From Reclinomonas americana ATCC 50394 (Eukaryota): DNA of 20,000 nucleotides. The notes beneath the pieces are model-generated. The model had not been told where the DNA came from. It did no database searches and was given only the letters and a program-made list of their open reading frames with translations. Made by a program: the position numbers and the translations under genes. Numbering within the stretch: the first letter of the stretch is position 1; the number at the start of each line of letters is the position of its first letter. Below are positions 11,766-20,000 of this stretch, one piece after another. The stretch spans positions 49,221-69,220 of the forward strand of contig PS015432.1 of the NCBI GenBank assembly GCA_048213135.1, in the 5' to 3' direction.

Positions 11766-14109
11766 TCACTGCACCGTAATGGCATCTGCTGCTGCCGCGC
11801 CTCCGACTGCACGAGCAGCGGCCACTGCCTGGGGCGCCTTCACCTTTTTGAGGCGCACGATTTCCTCGAAAATGACAGAGAAGACGAGCTTGAAGTGCTG
11901 CAGACAGTGCAGGCGCGCGCGCTCGGCCGACGGCAGCGTCACAGCGGCGGCGGAGAGCTCGTCCACCTCATTGACGACCCTCATGCAGGCAATGTAGTTG
12001 AGTTCGCTGTTGAGCGACACGAGCACGTCGACTTCGGGTGGCACCGCCGAGTCGACGTAGTACTCTGCAGGCGGAACGCGTGTCATTGCAGGAGCTGGTG
12101 GCGGGTCGGCGGTGATGGTATACGCGACGCAACGACGTGTGCTCACGCGGCTAAGCGCATGATTGCACATTAGCAGACGGCGAATGCTGTCCCAGCCCAC
12201 CGGGCCCATGTCATTCACTGCCGACATAGGAGATGAGCGCACAGCCCACGTCACCCACGTGGTAGAGTCCTCCGCAACACTCAATGTCGAGTTCCACCAC
12301 CGACATGTTGTCCTCAAGTGCCGAGAACAGATCCACGATGCCCTCGTCATCGATCTTGTTGGCTGTGAGATGGACAACATGAGCCACGTCCTTCCTCGCT
12401 CTGTTGCGGAGCGAAGGAAACGCAACACTTGAGCGACAACTTGGTAATCTGGTCCTTCTCGCGGAAGAACTGAGCGAATTCCTTGGCACCCGGCGTGCCA
12501 ATCTCGTTCGACGTCATGTACAGCTTCCGCAGCGACACATTCTGCTCTCGCAACGCGCTCACAATCGCCCGTGCGCCCTCGTAACCAATGCGATTGCTGT
12601 CGAGAGCCACCCGACGAATCGTCGAATTCTGTGCAGGATGAGAATGCGAGTTGGCTCCGGCGTTTGCTGTCATGTTCGACGACACCAGCACACCTCTCGC
12701 AGCAGCTGTCCCAGTGCAATACCGCCGTTGACTCGCAGACCATTGCCACTCACGTCCAGCGATCGCACGGTGCGATTGTGAGCCAGGCCCTGCGGCGTGC
12801 GGTGTGACTACAACACAGACATGTACAGCACCTCGAGGGGAGTTGAAAGCGATTACACACCTCGCACACGGCTCGCACACCCACGTCCTTCAAGGCGCAC
12901 CCATTAATGTGAAGCGAGGTGAGCTTCAGCTGTGGCGAGGCGAGTGCCGGACCAACGTGTGCCACCACGCCCTCGTGGCCCAACTCCATGTCTGACAATC
13001 GCACAAGCATGAGCAGACGCAGGTCAACAACAAAAAAGACAGAGAGTGCATGCACCGGTGACCACGAGCGTCTCGAGTGTGTCATTTGACGCCAGACACA
13101 TTGCCAGAGCGCGGCAGGCAGCCATAGGATCCTGGCACTTGCTGGCCGACATGTTGAGCGACTTGAGCGTGTGATTCGTCGCCAACCATCGACACAGTGC
13201 CTCGATACCGGGAGCGCGACATGGGGTGACTGTACCGACTTGCATCAGCGCTGTGGAGGGAAGATAGAAAGAGAGAGAGAGAAAAAGGCGTACACTGCAG
13301 ATCCAACGTCTCCAGCGCGCTGGCGTGCGCAAGTCCGTTCTCCACCAGCACATCCAGCAGGCGGCCAAACACCTTGTTACCTGAAGCACATTCAACGAGA
13401 GGAGTCAAGCAACGGTGCACTTGCAATGTGCGTGCGCTCTCCCCAGCTCTCACCGTTCAGTCGGAGCCAGCGCAGAGTCGGAACAGATCGCAGCACGGCG
13501 CACAGTTGGTGTACCGATTCCTCATCGAATGTGTTGGCTGTTGGCTTTGCGTGAGCACCAGACAGCTACAGGAGCAAGAGGCAGAGAAGGATGCGGACCT
13601 GCCACGTTGAGTTCCTCCAACGAGGGATGGTTCTCGAGAGCCGCAAAGATCAGTCGCGCGGTCGACGGCTGCAAATGAGTGTCTGTCACGATACGACGAG
13701 TCAGTGAGGATCGAGTGAGTGAGGGCACTCGAGTGAAGCAACACTCAACAAGTCAAGTCGATGCGACGCAGTTGAGTGGGTCGAGTGGCCAGAGCCTCGG
13801 CCAGAGGTCGCGCCAGTGGTTCATACAATGGTTGACCTGACGCGATCAATCAACAATGAGAAACGACTGATGAATGCACACGCACGACAGCTCCTTGTCT
13901 CTCTCTCTCTCTCTCTTGTGCGTGACGCAACGAGCCAGAATCAAGTTGGTGACTGCATCGCAATCCGTCACGCGCAGACGCGCAAAGAGCGCCTCGAAAT
14001 CTTTGGGCGAGAACGCGCCCAACTCGGCCAACACCGTGTTCCGCTTGGGCCACACTGAGTCATCGTACACGCGCTCTTGTGCGCCCTCACCGCCCTCTTC
14101 CTCTGCCAT
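11766..14109 (-). CDS. Leucine-rich-repeat protein, ribonuclease-inhibitor-like (NLRC3/RanGAP-type 28-29 aa repeats), ~530-550 aa
   Basis: Exons 14109-13932, 13836-13750, 13682-13599, 13537-13454, 13380-13294, 13229-13056, 12991-12861, 12789-12694, 12628-12427, 12362-12279, 12217-11766, with a possible extra in-frame intron at 12133-12065. Repeats include NSTIRRVALDSNRIGYEGARAIVSAL, NVSLRKLYMTSNEIGTPGAKEFAQF and NHTLKSLNMS. Confidence 0.88.
13899..13916. repeat. Intronic (CT)n/(GA)n microsatellite
   Basis: Seen directly, inside intron 13931-13837. Confidence 0.9.
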
Positions 14110-14172
14110 GTGAATGAAGAAAAGGTGGTATTTTTACTCCCCGAGACAACTCCCGCTCTTGTAACGGCTTCG

Positions 14173-14712
14173 TTATTCATGTGCTGCGGGATCGAGCAGC
14201 TCGAGCCACTCGGCCTCGTGCTCGTCGGGCGCATCGATCTCTGCGTCGGCCACCGCACATGCAATGTGCCAGGCGGTCGCACCGTGGGTGTTGGGTCGCG
14301 ACAAATCCGCTCCGAACTCGTCAATCAGAACCCGCGCACACGCAATGTCGCGCAGACCGAGCAGTGCGGCCACGTGCAGTGGCGTGTGACCGGACACGTC
14401 GGCTGCCTGCTCGGTTCGATTGTAAGGGTGAGCATGCAGCTTGTACTAATGCCTATAGCTGGCAGTGCAACGAACGCAACGTTGGGATCGGCACCGGCGC
14501 GCAGCAAGAGCCGCAACAGCTCGGGCGACGCCAGCGGAATGGCAAAGTGCAGCGCGGTATGTCCATCTACGTCGGCGACATGCACGTCGGCACCGCGTTG
14601 CAGAAGCAGACTGGTCAGCTGGATGGTGGCGGACAGGTTTTGTGCATCGCTGCGATTGATACGACTCGCCGGCGACAGTGCATACAGCAACACCTGTCGA
14701 GAGGCGATGAGC

Positions 14713-14760
<48 letters not shown>

Positions 14761-17700
14761 GTACGAACGAACAACAACACACACACACACNNNNNNNNNN
14801 NNNNNNNNNNNNNNNNNNNNNNNNNNNNNNNNNNNNNNNNNNNNNNNNNNNNNNNNNNNNNNNNNNNNNNNNNNNNNNNNNNNNNNNNNNNNNNNNNNNN
14901 NNNNNNNNNNNNNNNNNNNNNNNNNNNNNNNNNNNNNNNNNNNNNNNNNNNNNNNNNNNNNNNNNNNNNNNNNNNNNNNNNNNNNNNNNNNNNNNNNNNN
15001 NNNNNNNNNTATCACACACATCAGTAACGAGAACGCAAACAAACAGACAAGAGAGTGTGTGTGAGATGGAGAGAGACCTTTGAATGACAGCATGCAGCGG
15101 TGTCTGCATGTGTGCATCGCGGGTGTTCGGATCGGCGCCGGCCTGCAACAACGCGTTGACCAGCGAAGGAGCAGAGGTCGTTGCTGAGGTGGAGGAGCAC
15201 ACTGCGTGCAGTGGCGTGCGTCCGGTTTTCGCATCCTGCGCACCGGCCTTGGCGCCCTGCTGCAGCAAGTCGACCACCTTGACTTCGTCGCCACACAAGG
15301 CTGCGTAGCGAAGCTGGTCGCCGAGCGTGGGACTCGTGTGCTCCTGCACCACGAGGTCAGCTAAGCATAGGCGCGCATCGACTCTGCAAAAACACACTCA
15401 CCGACAACGACGCCAAACTGGCATCCTCCGCTACGGAACCGGCGCCGCTCTGCAGCGTCTCTGTGGCCTGCGACATGGACCATCGCCGCCCGCTGCTTCC
15501 ACCTGCGCCTCCAGAGCGGGCCGTGGAGTTGCCGCCGCCGCCGCCGCCTTCCACTGACTGGCGAGACGGCGCGGTGACGCCGCGAGCAGAGAGAGACTCG
15601 CGCGGCGTGGTGGAGAGTGCCAGCAGCGCTGGTGCGTCGTTCTCAGTCGCCGCCGCGTGCGACTGGCCACTGATAGAGCCGCGCGGACTCGCAGCGGCCG
15701 AGTACGACGATCCGTACACATCGGGAGCGATCTCGGACAGCGGTGCTGGCGACGGTGGCCCGGGCGAGCTGCGCACGGTCGGCGGGTTCTCGTGTGGTGG
15801 CACACTGGCAGACAATGGAGATGCAGATGCCTCGGTGACCTCGTGCTCGGCGACTTCGGGGACCGTCGACATGGAGAGAACCATGGGCGTCGGCAGGTCA
15901 CTGTCGGCAGTCATCTCCGACAACGCGTTCACCGATCCGCGTGGACTCGCCGACACTGTCGACGCTGCGTGTACCGGCACCATCGTCGGATCTGGTAGCG
16001 GACGGAGCGGTGGCGTGGAGGCGCGCGCTTGCTGCTGCTGCTGCTGCTTGGGCTCGGCGAGCAGAGCCGACAGGGAGTTGGAGCGCAGTTCGTTGACAGT
16101 GGCTGCCGAGGCCGACTTGGCATCCTCGGCGGTGGCTTCCGCTGCTGCGGCTGCGGCGGCGGCGGCAGCAGCAGCAATGGCCGCCGTGGGCAGGGAGAAT
16201 GGGGCGGCATGAGCGAGTGTGTGTCGCCGTGAAGGCGACGACGATGCATGCAGCGCCGCGGCCAGTCCGAGAGCGCCACCACCTCCACCACCGTCGGCGA
16301 GCACCCGCAAGGAGTTGGATCGCGGACGCGGGGAGCCCAGCAGCACATGATCAGGGTCGCCCTCCACAGCCGGGCTCAGCGCAGCCACGGAAGACATGCT
16401 GAGGCTGTGCAGCGAGACGACATCTGCCGGCGGCAACTCGAGGAGAGCCGCCTCGCCGAGCTGCAGGCGAGGAACCGAAACCGAGCCCGTCGAGGAACCA
16501 GTGACAAGTGGAGTCACTGTTCGGCGAGAAAAAAGAGGAATGAGCAAAGAGCGGAGGGACGGGAAGGAGGAGAAAAGCACGGAAGCGCAACTCGGTCGGC
16601 GGCGAGCAGTCGAGGGGCGACCGGCAGTGGGTGAAGAGGCTGCTGGCGGTGGTGGTGGTGGTGGTGGCGTTGGCGGCGGTACTGGAGACAAAGACTGCCG
16701 CAGTGGAGACGCTGGCGACGGCGGAGGCGACAAGGAGGAGGCGACGGAGCGCGCAGTCGAGGTTGGCGTCGATCGTGACGCGGATTTCGGCGACGGCTCG
16801 ACAAGCGGACGAAGAGGTTGTGTACGAACGTACTGCACTGCTCGTCGCAAGTGACCGCCCCACTGCACGGCGACTTCGTCGGTGGCGGTGCCGGTGGCCA
16901 CGCTCAGCACTGTCTCGCCCGGTTCGCGTCGATCCAGCACAGACACAGCAAACGGCGGGCGCGATGGTCCCGACATGCTGGCCAGTGATTCTCTGGCAAT
17001 GGCCACTGCCCGGGCGCATTTACGGTCGCCCTCCTGCGTTCCATCGGTCTCGAAACTCACTTCGAGTGTTCCGCTGACTGCGCGCAGCTTGACGCCCTGG
17101 GAATCGCTGGAAAGTGAGAAACAGAAATCGAGGGAAGACAAAGTGACACCCCCGACGCAACTGTCGGCGGCCACTCGAGCTCCTCATCGAGTACGGTCTG
17201 AACAACGCGCGCCAGAAAGCGCGGGCCCGCGGGCGGCGACAGCAGTCGATCAGTGGATGCCTTGCGCCCCTCCATCGATGTGGGTGTGGGTGGTGACGGA
17301 AGGGCAAAGCGCTCCAACACCAGTTCCGTGGGCCAGCCAGCCCGTGTTGCCACACTCAGCATGTGCTCGTGCACGGGGACCACTTGCTGACGCTCGGCGG
17401 GAGTCAACCTGATGACCGACTCGCAGATCCTGCAGAGAGGGAGAGCATGTGAGTGCGCCCAACAAGCCGTGAAAAACCCCATGAAGCAGACTCACCGCAG
17501 CCACGCCTCGGTCAACGTACTCAACAAGCGGATCTGGTGCTCCTCTTTGTGATACAACTGCACACGCTTGTGCGAGTCGGCGCACACCGAGCGCACTGGG
17601 ATCACAGTTGTCAGCGATCACCATAACTGAGAGAGTGGAACTTTGCCCACGCGCGCAACTTTTTTCGACAAACCACGGAGCGAGAGATGCCACCGACTCG

Positions 17701-19380
17701 AGCACTGCGGCGAACTGCTGCAAGCGCTGTTCCACTTGCTCGCAGCACCCAAGCTGCGCGTGCACAAGAGCCTCCAGTCCGTGCATGTAATCTGCGGCAG
17801 CAGGGTGAGTGACGAGAGGCGCAACGAGTTGACCGTCAGTGGCGCGTCGTAACGTGTCTTGGCGTGGTTCAACTCCAGTGCACGACGCACGCGCTCCAAT
17901 TCTGCCTCCAGTTCCTCACGCTCCACCTCTGCGACTTTCAGTGCCTCACGCACTCGCTTGCCGGTGGCCAGCAGTGACGTGGACACGGCGGCAGCTTGCG
18001 CGCGTGCTCCTTCGGCACCACGCCAACAGTCGTCCTCCACTTGCGTCCAGTAGGCAGCAGCCGCACCCGACGACATGGTCGCCCACGGCTCCATGACGTC
18101 GACCGACGCCCGCAGTGTCGACTCGTGGGCATCGATACGCGAGGCCACACTCGCAAACACATCGCGTGCCGCCGCCAACAAGTGACTGCCGCGTGGCGTC
18201 GGTCGCATGGCAGAGCACGAGCCCACTACAGAGTCGTCCGCATGTGCCACTGACTGCCACGACTGAGCATGCAGGTGCACCTCCTCGGCGTAGGCCTCGA
18301 CTTGCTCCAGCATGCGCTGCATCGCACTAAAGGCCAGCGGGGGTAGGCTCTGCGCTCCAGTGGTCGTCAGCTCGTTCAACACGCGTCGCCGACACTCGGT
18401 GAGCCAGCCGTGTGCACTTGTCGCGAGCGACTTGGCCTGCTGCATGCTCCATCGTGCGTTGATGCTCGAGGAGTGCTGCTGCTGCTGCGCGGTGGCGACG
18501 ACACTACCACGTCGTTGCGCCTCGGCCAGATCAATCAACGTTTGCAATTCGGCCAGCACGGCCGACTGGTCCACCTTGCTGCGCAGCTGCGACACGTGGT
18601 GCGTCGTTGGATTGGAGTCGACAATCGATCCCAGCAGGTCGCGCGCCAGTGTATCGCACTCGGCCTGGATCGCAAGATTCTCTGCACACAAAATACCGAG
18701 GGGTGAGCGAGGCAGATATGTGTTTCCCTTGCGACGCTGTTGACGCACCGAGAGGTGGCGTAGAAAACGTGACGGTACTCGGCTCGAGGGATACGCCTCG
18801 CGGTTGCACATCCACCCGGTAATGCCGGCCGGGGAGTAACGAGTTGATCTCCAGACGGCCTTGTTGTGGATCCACGTCTGTGGCGGCCCAGCACACACAA
18901 CCGTCCGCCACACTCGTGACGAGCACCTCGAGTCGCCAGTTCGGCCGAGGAACGGCAGTGGGGAGGTTGGTGACGCCAAACACCCACGGAGCATACGCCA
19001 CCACCGCCCCCAGTGCATCAGTGTCCCACCAAATGACGGCCTCGTACGGAGAGCCCGACACGGCGTGCAGTTGCAAGGGATCTGTCACCACACTCGGTAA
19101 GAAAAAACTTGGCTGATATTCCCCTGCTCTATTTCGACGGCAAACCTGGCAACACTTCCGCCGTCAACACCTCTCCGGCGATCCAGTCTGTGGCACGTGC
19201 TGAAATGCGCTGGGTGGCCGCGAGATCGGCACTTGGTTTTGGAATACGAGCCTCGAGAAAGAAGCCATGCACGCCTCCCGTCAAGTTGGCCACCACACAG
19301 CCGACGCGGCCTTCGGCGCCCGCCACGACCACCTGAATGTCGCGAAGAACTGCATGAAGACAACTGAGTGGTCAGCGGCG

Positions 19381-19414
<34 letters not shown>

Positions 19415-19959
19415 TGCGTGGCGGTGGTCTTCGCACCCTCTTCAGTGTCGTCGGGGAAGCGATGCACGAGTCGCACGAGTGCAGTTGGCGGCAATGTTCG
19501 ACAATCCCAAGACAGAATCACAAATGGGCCGGCACGTTCGGTTCCCGCCGCCCGTGCGAGTCGCGGTATTCTATTGCGTGTCACTGCAAGTGGATAGTGA
19601 TAGGGAATGTGAGACTGTGCACAACAGAGGGAGGGAGAGAGAGAGAGAGAGAGGACAGTCATCAACGCAACGGCGGTCCACAAATCGGTAGACTTGTGCC
19701 GCTCCGTCACGATCACCGGAAACCAGTGTCGATGCATCTCGGCTCCATGCCACGCTGCACAACAGAGTGGGGAGCGAAAAGAAAAAGGAGACCATGCCCC
19801 ATGAGTGTAAGATAATACGATTGGTCGCACGCAGGTGATCGACAGCCGCACCTGGTGACACCCAACGAGTGGTGGCCAAACTCGGAGAGCAGTCGACCAT
19901 CGGCCGTCTGCCATAACCGCACGGTGCTGTCCACACAAGCCGAGAGCAAGTACATGGCA
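14173..19959 (-). CDS. Large multidomain protein: WD40 repeats - two fibronectin-III-like domains - helical/coiled region - Pro/Ser/Ala low-complexity region - C-terminal ankyrin repeats; 5' end outside the window
   Basis: Exons 19959-19852, 19754-19672, 19583-19437, 19349-19146, 19081-18749, 18681-17854, 17791-17660, 17595-17496, 17429-17162, 17096-16592, 16516-15402, 15343-15078, [gap], 14693-14481, 14406-14173. WD40: LLSACVDSTVRLWQ and HSLGVTSVAWSRDASTLVSGDRDG. FN3-like: FVILSWD...VANLTGG and AVIWWD...NSLLPGRHYRVDV. Ankyrin: GRTPLH, GADPNTRD..QTPLH, GHTALH, GADPNAADVSGHTPLH. Confidence 0.75.
14716..14790. repeat. (GA)n and (AC)n microsatellites flanking the assembly gap
   Basis: About 22 GA units, then a short AC run directly before the Ns; intronic. 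Confidence 0.95.
14791..15009. other. Assembly gap (219 N)
   Basis: Run of N. Confidence 1.
19383..19411. repeat. Intronic (GA)n microsatellite; a second copy lies at ~19635-19653
   Basis: Seen directly; these form pyrimidine tracts on the coding strand. Confidence 0.9.
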
Positions 19960-20000
19960 CTGCCGAGAAGAAGAGAGTTGGTCGACAATCAGGAGGCCTG

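Noticed and set aside
11719-11850. LRR gene and hypothetical gene as one spliced gene
   Set aside because: The AAG|GTGAAG candidate donor has no in-phase acceptor or pyrimidine tract joining the two frames; not fully excluded.
75-19671. Shifted donors as U12-type (minor) introns or as Introner elements
   Set aside because: They lack the GTATCCTT donor, and their acceptors and CTRAC-like branch sites look like those of the other introns. Intron bodies show no mutual similarity or terminal repeats by eye.
83-19815. The many plus-strand ORFs (e.g. 7744-8457, 14077-15027, 15463-16212)
   Set aside because: Antisense shadows of GC-rich minus-strand exons, with no recognisable motifs; some read through Ns.
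1-20000. Alternative genetic code or pseudogenes as the cause of ORF fragmentation
   Set aside because: Every internal stop or frameshift outside the gap is removed by a GT-AG or GC-AG intron, and the models end in TAA or TGA.
1-20000. CRISPR arrays, transposons, tRNA or rRNA genes
   Set aside because: No repeat-spacer structure, transposase/RT motifs or structural RNA signatures seen; only microsatellites and codon repeats.

Overview
Intron-rich, gene-dense eukaryotic (protist-like) genomic DNA with one assembly gap (N 14791-15009). The ORF track is fragmented by short introns (54-109 nt in my models), so I spliced the genes by hand. Five genes result, all on the minus strand, head-to-tail, with spacers of 63, 47, ~470 and 85 nt. 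In transcription order: (1) a 5'-truncated WD40-FN3x2-helical-low-complexity-ankyrin protein; (2) an RI-like LRR protein; (3) a hypothetical protein; (4) a ~2130-aa, 32-exon multi-pass membrane protein (TmcB/TmcC-like scaffold + PAS + class III cyclase with adenylyl-specific residues); (5) a 3'-truncated bacterial-type alpha/beta hydrolase. The main finding is a second class of 5' splice site. Of 65 donors I placed, 21 read GTT-R-[C/A]-G, the normal GTRMG motif shifted by one base. All 21 follow a non-G last exon base, while none of the 40 donors after an exonic G is shifted. All gene models are manual and have no RNA evidence.
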